64,000 bases of DNA from Epiperipatus broadwayi (Eukaryota; Animalia; Onychophora). Below are positions 53,037 through 64,000 of this stretch, one piece after another. A program made the translations under genes and the position numbers. Within the stretch, counting starts at the first letter, position 1; each line of letters starts with the position of its first letter. The notes beneath the pieces are model-generated. The model ran no database searches, was not told the origin of the DNA, and saw only the letters and a list, made by a program, of their open reading frames with translations. Location of the stretch: positions 13,516,001 to 13,580,000 of the forward strand of contig JAQFVV010000003.1 in assembly GCA_028023455.1 (NCBI GenBank), written 5' to 3'.

Positions 53037-53907
53037 CACCTGGGTCTCGTTTTATGTGGTAGATAGGTTCCTCAGAAAACACACACAAAAGAAATCACAC
53101 AAAAATAGACTTAACTTATCTTGAAAAATGGGGGATATGTTCCAGTAATTTTCAGAAATTGTATAAAAGCAAAGCAACAAGGAGAAATTACTTTAAAATT
53201 CGCATTAAAAAAATAAAGTATGACTAATAAAAAATGTCAAATATTTAAAAAAAATTAATATAAGACAAACTTTTTTTTATTAACTACAATATTTAATTTT
53301 ACATTTTTTCATACATATTTTAATCATTACCACTATATGATAATATGCATTTGTTTGTGAACTGATAAGAAATCAGATTCATGATGTACAACTAGCACCA
53401 CTTTGTCTTGTGCTGTGTTAATGGTTTTCTGTTTCTACATTAAAGAAATGAGATCACAATCAAAACAAAAAGATTATACATTAACATTAGAAAGATTATT
53501 TTCAGTTTAAAAATCAATAAAATCTTCGTTATTTATTTTAACAATCTAAAAAATTATTTGTTATATCTAACAAAACACGTTTTAAAAGTTTACAATTTTT
53601 GAATATTTATTGCAATATTTTTATACGTAAGTATAATCTATTATTATTATTTACTCATTAGTATAAGTAGGTTATTTACATAGAAGCTAAGATTCTAAAT
53701 ACAGCTTCAGGCAATATTCACGTTAACTGCTAATATAATGTTACATTTTTGAAAAAAAAAGTATTTCAAGTCAAAATAAGTTATTAATAATTTAAGTTTC
53801 TTGATATCTAGTAAATATAGTGAAATATGGAAGATATTAAGAAGAAATATGAATTACATAACTTCAAAATTGCATTAAAATAATCCGCATAAAACAAAAC
53901 CCAGGTG
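53037..53907. mobile_element. pogo/Tigger-like MITE (copy B, uninterrupted, 871 bp)
   Basis: TA|CACCTGGGTCTCGTTTTATG...CATAAAACAAAACCCAGGTG|TA; homologous to 11888-15606 in the opposite orientation. Confidence 0.9.
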
Positions 53908-54223
53908 TACATCAAAAATAAATTTTAAAATGCACATTGTAGTTAATTTTTTCTTCTTCATGCTTTATTTTCATTTTACAAATGGTAGACCATCAATAAA
54001 AAAAATTATAGCTACTCAAATATTTTTAAGTAATATATTTATCCACAGGTTAGTAATTTTTGTTTTTTTAATAATATGCTACCATTTTTTACAACATAAG
54101 CTTTATTTGTTAATCAAATTTTGATATATTTTGAATTTAAAGTAACAGATTCACTTTTTCTCTATAAAAACCCATTATAATTGCTTATTCTTTCCTAACC
54201 AGTATAAAGGTATATATATTATT

Positions 54224-56230
54224 GGTATTAATCCTTTAGGCATGTGTGCCACTTGATGACATTATTTATGTGTAAAAATCATATAAAAATGCCATTTAAG
54301 CAGCTGCCCGTTATATCTAATACACTCTGTATGTTATATTAGACATTGCAGGCCAACTTGAAGATGTTGCACATAAATATTACGATCGGCTTTGTGCTTC
54401 GTGAATCACTTTATGCGAATTCTCACACATAACCTTTTCCTCCCATCTTATGAGAGGGTGTGTGTATCTCAAGTGTTTTAAAGTTTTTACTTTGAAAAGT
54501 TTTTTTTGGTAAATGGAAATCACGCAATTTGACTAAGATGAAATTTGAAGGTGACAAAAGTAGTCCAAATGTAGAAACGAACCTAATTTTGAGGTCACGT
54601 GTCAAGTAACATCTTGTCAAGATAAACAAATTGGTGCATTCTAGCAAACAAATCATCTGCTTGAAAGATTTTTTGTCAACAGAATTAGATGCTATAGAGT
54701 TTCTGCAAGTGAAGAATGTCCTAATAAATGAGAAGATCTACATTTATGGATGTCTATGAGAGTTTATATTACAAATACAACCAGTCAATTCAGATGTTCA
54801 TCACGTTCATGCGATTGAAGGTGTTCTGTTAAGAATTGTAGTTGTGTAAAGCGGTCTGTGTTCTCTATTATTGGAGCTGCGAACAGTTGACAGTAGGTGT
54901 CCGCTCAGAGCTGGAATTATCCAAGAATGTCATATTGTATTGGAACAATGGGTTACGTGAGCTGTGCAATGAGAGCCTGGAAGCCAGACCTTGCTGTCAA
55001 ACAGGCGGGCCTGGTTTGATTATTGAGGCCAATGAGACTAGGTGGAGTTATCATAAAAACCATCAGGGCCGTGTCCTGCCACAGCAGTGGATTTTTGGGG
55101 TGTATATCATGATAGCAGGGAATGTTTTTTAACTGCTGTTCCTTCCCAATCGGCATCCATGCTTATGCAGGCCCTGAAAGACTACGTGAAGCCCAGGTCA
55201 ATTATCTGCTCTGATTGTTGGAGGGGCTACAAGACTGTCAATTTTCAGGCTTTCAACATGACAGTTAATCACTGCTACAATTTTGTGGACCCAACCACAG
55301 GTGTTCACATGCAAAACGTCGAGCGTTTTTGGGACCTGTTAAAGTGGTAAACCGCTAACAATGCAGAATTGCCAGGAAATTGCTGGACAACTAACTGGAA
55401 GAATTTATTTGGCATTGTCTGCACAAGGAGGATATCATTTTCCTGGCTATCCTCTCAAAGATGTCTGTGAGACACAATCCACAGTAGCTTCTTTAGAAAC
55501 TTGTAAAAATGTTTTTTTTTTTTCTCCAATTTCACTTGAAATTTGTTTTGTGTTTTGATTAATAAAAAAAAAAAACAAATCACTTTTTATTTCTGTTTTT
55601 GTATATATATATATATGTGTTTGTGTTATGAAAAAATAATGATTTAAAAAGGTAAAATAACCTTAAGACAAAAAACAGTTTATTTCGTGTTTTGATCAAT
55701 ATAAAAGCAAAACCGTTTTCAAAAAGCAAAACAGATTTCATTGCTCTTTTTCTGTTTATATGTGTGTGCATGTCTGGATTATATATATATATAAAAGGTT
55801 TGCCAATGTTTATAAAAAAAAAAAAAGTTTGACAAAAAAAATAACCATTGCAGCATTAAAAAAAAAAGACAAAAAATAATTAAAATACCCAATAAAATTA
55901 AAGCCGGCCCGATAATGTTACATTTTATGTGTGTGTCTGGATTATATATAAAAAAAAAGTTTGACAAAAAAAATAACAGTAACAGCATAAAAAAAAAAAT
56001 AAAAAAACAATTAAAATACCTAATAACATTAGAGCTGGCCCGGTAATGTTACATTTTATGTGTGTGTCTGGATTATATATATAAAAAAAGTTTGACAAAA
56101 AATAATCGTAACAGCATAAAAAAAAAAAACAAAAGGTAAAAAACAATTAAAATACCTAATGTTACATTTTATGTGATTTTACAAATAAACAATGCCATCA
56201 AGCAGTGGGCACTGCTAAAGGATTAATACC
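54224..56230 (+). mobile_element. Merlin (ISXO2-like) DNA transposon, full length with frameshifted transposase
   Basis: ~65-bp TIR GGTATTAATCCTTTAG.../...CTAAAGGATTAATACC; 8-bp TSD ATATTATT/ATATTATC; GGPGLIIEANETRWSYHKNHQGRVLPQQWIFGV and SIICSDCWRGY...VNHCYNFVDPTTGVHMQNVERFW. 130-160-bp subterminal repeats at ~55765-56175. Confidence 0.95.
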
Positions 56231-57149
56231 ATATTATCTTTCTCAATCTAATTTTTATTTAAGACAGCATTTATGTAAATAATAAATGAATGGTGAGTTG
56301 TTGATTAAAAAAAAAATATTAACAGTGCTGCAAGAAAAAAAAAATCAAAATTTTATTAGTTAGATAATTATAAAAACATTCATAATCAAACAAAGCGCAC
56401 CAAAAATAAAAATATACATTATATTAATTTAACTTTTTTTTTGTACAACATTTTTATTTAACAAATCTTAAATCAAAGGAATATTAACTTTGGCTGACAT
56501 AGTAAATTCAAAATAGCAACCATGAAAATATTGCTTATATATATATATATCACAGTAAGTGAAATGTTTTTATTGAATACGAATATTTACACACATGTTA
56601 GTAATTTTTTAAATTAATAATAAATATGCTTAGAAAAATATTTACTCATTAATTATCAGTTTGTTTCAATTTGAAGCAATACTTTTTTAAAATTATATTT
56701 TAATATTTATTATCTAGTTTGAATCTAGGGTAATAAGTTAAATTTTATGCCATAGGATATCATTATAATTAATTTTTTTATATCACATTCTTGAGTTATG
56801 GATAGTTTGGAGACAACCTAAGCTTGTTGTCCAGAATAAAACTGTATTTATATAACATTTTTTGCTTTGTTTGGTTATAACTGTGTTATAATATAATTAT
56901 TTCACTTTAAATATAATTTTTTTAAAATTTAATACATGGGTCTTTAGAGATGGATATATTAATTTTATGTATACTTTTAAATATTTTGATCATATTATTT
57001 TGTAGAGGAATATATAATGGCCAAAATTAATCATATAATTAAATTTGAACGGAATAATTTTGGTATATATATTAAAATGAAATATGCTTCTGTGTTTGAA
57101 AAGGAAAAATTTTTAAAATAAAGATATTTTACTAATAATTACATATGAA

Positions 57150-57960
57150 TTTCACATTTGAACACTTTACCAAATGACCAATACAATTTCAGTCTACCCA
57201 ATAAAGTATGAAAGGATGTATATTGGAAATAACAAAATGGATTGAGAACCAAATAGATTTGTGAGAGAACAAACAAATATTGAAAGAAGAAATTGAAATA
57301 AAGATATATTTCTGTAATAGATGGCAATAAATGGACAACTGAAGTCTTAAATTGAATTTTAAAAAATTGTAAAAGAAATAAAAAGAGACTATATGTGATA
57401 CAGATAAAAAATGAAAGAATCTACTGTGGATTAGAAAAACTTAAGAGACTTTCATATTGCAGTGGATTTATAATAATGATGTATATGATGTACATTCACA
57501 TTTATTACTTTGAAGATTGTTCACACACACACACATTAATATTTACTTGGTCATATTTTATTTTCAATTTTTTAATGCTACCATTATAATGACACACAAT
57601 CAACATCCACTCATTAGTTTTATTATATGAGTAGACTATATTTGATGAGACTTTTAAAAGTTAACAAAATAATAATAATAGGGAATGTAGACAACACAGC
57701 AAAATAACACGGCATAAAGAAACAAAAGTGAGAGAAGTAATAGATATCACTGAATCAGAAGAGAATTGAGAATAAATGGAACTTGGCTAGACATACTGCT
57801 AGAAGAAATGACAGATTAACAAATGGAATTCTAAATTTGATTCCAGAAAATGTAGAAAAAGACTAAAGTAATGTAAGGAATAGAAACTATAATTCAGAAG
57901 TATTAGCATAGAATTAGAGATGTTACCTGCACTGAGTTGATAATAACTGAAAATGATGAA
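57150..57960 (+). mobile_element. Two adjacent RTE LINE 3' fragments
   Basis: DGNKWTTEVLN (~57320) and KWNLARHTARRNDRLTNGILNLIP (~57775-57845). Confidence 0.65.
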
Positions 57961-58004
57961 TATATAATAAATCAATTTTTACTACTATTATACAACTTTA
58001 TAAA

Positions 58005-58237
58005 TAAATCATTTTTTTTTTTTATAGCGCGATGTTTGTAAACTATAATATTTAACACAGCATTACGCTGTTGCACATGCGCTTTGAAGATTTTAACTAT
58101 AAATGAAAGAATACTAACACTCAACCACATTCTATCTTTTCCAAAGACTTTATCATGTGGTTGAGTGTTAGTATTCATTCATTTATAGTTAAAATCTTCA
58201 AAGCGCATGTGCAACAGCGTAATGCTGTGTTAAATAT
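58005..58237. mobile_element. TSD-flanked asymmetric hairpin element (family copy 2)
   Basis: ~85-bp near-perfect arms (58046 to ~58237) with ~20-nt loop; 14-bp direct repeat TACAACTTTATAAA at 57991-58004 and 58238-58251; T-run extension on the left. Arms align with copy 1. Confidence 0.85.
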
Positions 58238-59121
58238 TACAACTTTATAAAGTAAAAGCTCATTAAATTTTAAGATGCAGTCTTAAAATTGAGGTGCTTC
58301 AATAGATTGTAATAAAAGAATAGTAATAGATGGCAAATTACCAACAATAATAATCGAATGTATTTCTTGATTATAATAGTCTACTGGCCAGTTATTCTAT
58401 CAACTTTTAAATAAAGATTTAATATATATACATTGTAATAAAGCAATAAAGTGCTTACAAATTAATTAACTCAAATCATGACTTTATTTATTTTTTATTT
58501 TTTAAAAAATTAGAATACGAATTTAAAAATTCTTCCCATATGTGCACCCATTCACACACAAACATACATGCACGTAGAATTCAAATAGTGAATTGAGTTT
58601 TTTTTAGCTCTGGGCAAATCTCAACACATTATCTTACTAATCATAATAAAGTAATCTACTCCAATTAAACAATAACTTTGTTAACAATTAATGATTTTAT
58701 TCAGTTACAAAAAAAAAAAAAAGTCGTCATGAATTGTGATTGATAACTTCATAAAAAACAGCATTTAAAAAAAATGTGTCAATTATTTGTATAGTATTAA
58801 AAAATAAAACAAAACAACAACAAAAAACCAGATTCTCAAGTTTTCTAAATGAAGACATAAGAGAAAATATGAGTTTGTGTATATTGAATGGAAAATAAAA
58901 ATACAATGATGTGATATTTTAAGACTTATATCTTCATTACAGTTGATGGAGTAATCCTAAATATTAATACACTAAAATATATTATTTAATAAGTAATGAC
59001 CAAGTAGTAGCACTTGGTCACAACATTAGTTACTAAGTTTGCCAATAATAGTAAACAGTACTAGTATTATCGACGGTACAGGTCGCTGTTGCTACTCGAA
59101 AACATCGAAATATAACGTTAC

Positions 59122-59134
59122 CTGGCTGAGACAT
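59122..59134 (-). CDS. Candidate first coding exon (MSQP+) of a minus-strand gene
   Basis: ATG TCT CAG CCA G|GTAACG next to a CpG-enriched patch (59060-59120). No homology support. Confidence 0.3.
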
Positions 59135-61062
59135 ATTATTAAATAACTGACCTTTTTTAATAACTAAATAGTAAACAACATCTTTTTTCTTACATTTTTT
59201 AAAAACCTATTATTAAAAAACGTCTTTTTTATTACATTTTTTTTTCTTTAATAACTAAATGACATTTTTTAATAAGAAATTTTTTATTTACTCAAAAAGG
59301 AACAATCGCCGTGTTTTTCATTAGTAATGCCATTTCATTTTATCATCATGCAAATATTTTAGATAATATTATCAAACTTTTCCATGTTAATAACTAGAAC
59401 TAGTTATTAATAATAAATATATCTAACTTATAAAGATCATATTTGAACACATTTTAAAGCACGTACTTAGAATTAATATAATTCGCATTACTTAATATGT
59501 TTCGCAAATAATGTTGATGTTTTGTAATTCTTTATATAAAAAGTCTAATGTAAAATTGAATGTTTTTGTTAAGTTTTAAAAATAAGCTTCATACAACAAT
59601 ATACTTTTAATGTATTGATTCTATTTATGTACTTGTAAAGATTATTAAAGAAACAAATGAAAGTAAGATATCTCTTTTGTATAGTACTCATTATATATAC
59701 ATACCATTTTCCAAATCCATTTTGATCAGTGCTCATTGGTTCCAAATAACTCTTTTTTAGATTTTAGTAATTTGGAGTTATGTTTAATGTCTTTAAGAGC
59801 AAGCAAGTAGAAGATCAAATTTAATAATATAAAATTCCAATGGCGAAATGGAATTTTTCTTTCACTTTCCCCAGCTGAGAATCAATTCAGGAACTCTTAG
59901 CTCTTCTATCATCTTACCACCAAGTTGAATGTCATATGACTTTTATAGCTTTGTTCCTTGGCTAAAAACAATGATATCCTCATTCATCAACCAGTATGTG
60001 GGTTAGCTGAAAAGAATCCTACTCCTGATAGGGAATTTCTCAGTTACACTGAAAAGCTTATATACATACTTTGCATATAACTCAGATTATGAAGGGGCGC
60101 AAGTTACTACTTCAACACTATTGCTACAAAGGCCCTAGTTTTAGATTTGATAAATATTAAAAGTACATTTAGCACAAAAATTACCTAAACTTTTGATCAA
60201 ATTTAAAAAATAAATTTTTATTTTCTTGAGGTTGCAATAGATTTATTCGCTTTTTAATTTTTTCTATGCACAAAGACTTTTAATATTATCTAAATTGGAA
60301 AAAAAGGAATATATTTTAAAATTTTTTGACAACTTTACCGAAAATTTTTCTCAACTAGAATACAAAGAATATAAAATAAATACAAAATATTTAATCATAA
60401 TTGATTTACTGTTGACATCAGGGTTGCCCCTAATAGATTCAAGGCCCACAGCAAATATTTTATTGTAGGAACTCTGATTATATAATCAATTTGATTAAAA
60501 AATGCTTTATGAAATTTATGAGCTTATAAGATGTATATTGATTTTATTGATGATATGCATTTGCTGAACAAAATCCTGCAGACTGCATGATATTGAGATG
60601 CAAGACATAGGGGAATCTGTTTGTTCTGATAAAAAAAAATACTAAATGACGGACACTGCTAAAAACAAGTGATATTTAATAAAAATGTACCAAACTGAAA
60701 AAAATACAAAAACAAAAAAATAAATTTCTGTGGTTAGAATTAATGTAATAATAAAATGTGAAAATTTAAAAAACAAAACAGAGCTATCAATTATTAAATG
60801 TTTTAAAAGAAAATAGTCAGAATATTTTATCAGTTCATATGTAGAGATGCAAAATATAAATTCTTAAAATAAAAAAGAAATATTTATTTATTTACAAACC
60901 ATAGATGTAAAATAAAAGAAGCCTATTTCATAAATAATGACATTCAATAAACAGAAAAGACACATGTTTCACCATTTCAAAAAGATGGACTAATTAATCC
61001 AAACAAAATAAAATGCCAAGACCTATGACACAATTAACAACTAACTAATTTGCATAAATTAG

Positions 61063-61151
61063 AATACGTCTCCTCATTACTATCTTCTGCATTCAGCTAC
61101 GAATATGAAGTCCAGGAACTTCGAAAGCACTCAGCACAGTTAAACATATAA
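61063..61151 (+). CDS. Candidate terminal exon of an unidentified gene
   Basis: CTAAC branch-point-like motif and TTAG acceptor; reads YVSSLLSSAFSYEYEVQELRKHSAQLNI*. Upstream exons not found. Confidence 0.25.
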
Positions 61152-64000
61152 TTTTACAATATTAAACTTCTCTAAGTGTGTTAGCACAGAATTATTGATA
61201 TTAAAGTTAACCATTTTGAGGTAATAATCTTTACTGGTTCTTCTACCATTACAGATTGTGATTTTCTTTTTTGTAATAAATTCCCTATGTTTTTTAAAAA
61301 TTTTATCACTCATTTTGCTAGAAAATATTTTCTAGGAATCCAGTTCAAAATTATTTTATCTCATCAATTAATTTATTTTTAAAATATGATTCCTGTAAAT
61401 CACTTTCCTCTCCTTTAAATTTGGTCCATATTTATGCCATTCTCTTATTCATATATTCACTTTTGTATTTAGTTTTATAATGTCTAAAATACAGTGATTA
61501 AAACAAATTTTTTAACAGCCATGCCATAATAATAATAATTGTACTTGCAAAAATGTTGAGTTTGATAACGAATATCTTTATCTTAGTATGTTAATAGATA
61601 CATATTTTTCATAGAAAAATCATATCACTGTCTGCTATCATCTACATAGATTCAGTTATCCATTACATTATTTATCTAAATTTCTTCCTATTAACAATCT
61701 ATTTCTGTCATAAATCTTCCTATCAAAGTATTTTGATCCCACTTACAATATCGGGAGGATCAAATAAAGCTTGTGCTCTCTACTAATTTATAGAATCATA
61801 ATTTATGCATTATATTGGGGTAGATGTTTATTAGATAGAGTAAAATATTTGTTTCTCAAATATGGTATACATTCAATAAAACAACTTTATCTATCTAGAA
61901 TAATTCTAGAAATTTTCACTGATTGTATGTCAGGATGAATCAATATAGTCACACATCTCTCTCACTATGTACAATTGAATGTATTAGATTTCTTTAAATT
62001 ACATAATCAAAGACAGAGAATTTATCTTAGCCATTATTTATTTGATATAGTAGCATGTTGTTACTGACTATATCAGTGTTATCCATTTTTAGTTTTAAAA
62101 GAAATTTGAAAAATTTAATTTCAACAGAATCTGATATTTTATTATTAATTATTTAATTACATAAATTCAAGTAGCTATTTATATATTTTTTCTGTAGATT
62201 TTATATTACTTTCTGCACATAATTCTTATTATCAGGAAAGCTATAACATTTTTGTTTAAAGAATACTTGAAAATAATTATATAAAGTAAATTCTCAGCAG
62301 GTAGCTGTTCCTTTTTTTTTAAAAAAAAATTAAATTTAGAATAAAAGGAACATTAACAACAAAAAAGCCAATAAGTGTCATTTACAAAATCATCTATTTT
62401 TCTTAAAGCATTGTTCAATTTCTAGAAATAAATATTCAGAAACTGTTAACCATAAAATAACTTAGACAATTTATCACAAATCTACATTATCTTTTTACAC
62501 TAATAATTAAAATTTATATTAGTATTACATTATTAATTAATCTTTTTAAAGCTTACAAAATATCTACTTTGCTGAAAAAAACATAACAAAACAAAACAAA
62601 AAGAAAACAATATATCTAAGAGAGAGATTAGGAGAATGAAAAAGAATTGACCTACTCAGTAATCATAATAAAGAAACATGAGCAATCTCCTTTCCCCCTA
62701 CTATTCTAGAACCATCTATTGTAGTTTAGAATAATCAGTAATTATTAAATTGTAGTACAATTACACTTTCATCTAGTAAACACTGATTACTCAAACTTAA
62801 ACTAAATGAGACTACTCTTGTTAATACTGCAATAAGCTAAAAGATCATGATATGATGATAAATCATAACAAAAAACATACTATTGTGAAATTTGGAGAAC
62901 TTTTTCATTTCTAAAAAACACTTTAGAGGAATGTTTTCTTTATGGATTCCAGGAATCACTATCATGGAAAGCATATAAAAAGGCTTGCCTTGATAAAATT
63001 TAATGATTTTGATATGTTTTTAAGGTCTTTGTGTATTATCTTATTTATGAAGCTTGACAAACATTTTTTTTAATTATACAATTTCAGGGGCATGCAATAA
63101 ATATTTAAAACAAAATTAAGCAGCTGCATTTAACATTTACCGTTTTTTACTATTATTCTTATTTAAAAAAAAAAAATTTTCTGAAATAATATTTCCACTT
63201 CAGTTATTACTATTTTTTGGTATTAAGTCAACTTTTTAATATAAAAATAACAAAAATATAAGAAGCATAAAGTGCTATATCATGCCCATTAATGCAGACT
63301 TCAATTTATTAATAAAAAAAAAAAAAGGCATAAGAAATGTAAAGTGTCACATCGTGCCCATTAATGCAGACTTTTTATCATGATGGGATCCCATGCTGTT
63401 CTGTCAAAAGAAGAACCCAAACTTTCACCATTTTATTAAAATAGTAGTGATAAAAATAAAGATGCTAAATGTAAACAAATATTTGAAGCACTTTGGCACT
63501 TACAAGTTATAATATAAATAAAAAATTGAAATAAACCTTCATTTAGAATTGATTTATTACTTTTTTTAAACTTAAAAACTAATACATATTTGTAATACAT
63601 TAAAGATCAGCCTTTTCAAGCTATTATTTGGTAAAATAAAATTGGGGAAAAAAACTTAAATAAATACTTGGAGGCTCTCTGAAACTATAATTTTTTAAAA
63701 AAAAAAGGCTGCCAAGCTTGGTAGTAAGAAAAATAAACAAGTACTGTTTTTAATTACAGGCATTAAGAATTAAAATAGGTTTATGACCCCCCCCCCATAC
63801 TCGATAAAATCAACTGAGATAGAGGTGATAAAGATCATATTAAAATTGGATAATGGTTTGCAAATAATGGAACATAATTAGACATCTATTTATAAGACTA
63901 TTTTATTATTTTATTTTGGAATGAATTCTAGCATCTAAAAGTGTGTATAGTTATTGGAAGAATTTTTCATCAAGGAAAAATAAATTCTAACAATTATTAC

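Noticed and set aside
834-58178. Most 60-120-aa ORFs in the supplied track
   Set aside because: F/I/L/K/N-rich composition expected from random AT-rich DNA, or antisense shadows of TE remnants; no recognisable domains except those listed as features.
59112-59132. TTACCTGGC as the 5' end of U1 snRNA
   Set aside because: The rest of U1 is absent; it is better read as a minus-strand splice donor.

Overview
Very AT-rich (roughly three-quarters A+T by eye) metazoan nuclear DNA; species not identifiable from the sequence. I saw no prokaryotic genes, CRISPR arrays, rRNA or intact tRNA. The only host gene I can name is POC1 (WDR51): two minus-strand exons (26201-26085, 21142-21062) splice in frame into the POC1 C-terminal coiled coil, but I could not find its WD40 exons. 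A CpG-rich island at ~42.9-44.3 kb probably holds an unidentified gene. The rest is mostly decayed mobile DNA: LINEs (RTE and an I/Jockey/L1-type), a SPIN/GTF2IRD2-type hAT transposase, two Merlin (ISXO2) transposons with TIRs and 8-bp TSDs, a pogo/Tigger-like MITE pair, a solo LTR and a Penelope-like remnant. Most notable is a dispersed family (4 loci) combining a minimal type I hammerhead ribozyme motif (core intact at 37726-37765), a T-run and a tRNA/B-box-like module. One copy has a ~440-bp repeat period, so the family looks like an animal retrozyme. The window also has many fold-back structures, including TSD-flanked asymmetric hairpin inserts and inverted copies that are circular permutations of their partner. 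All alignments were by eye; no database searches were run.
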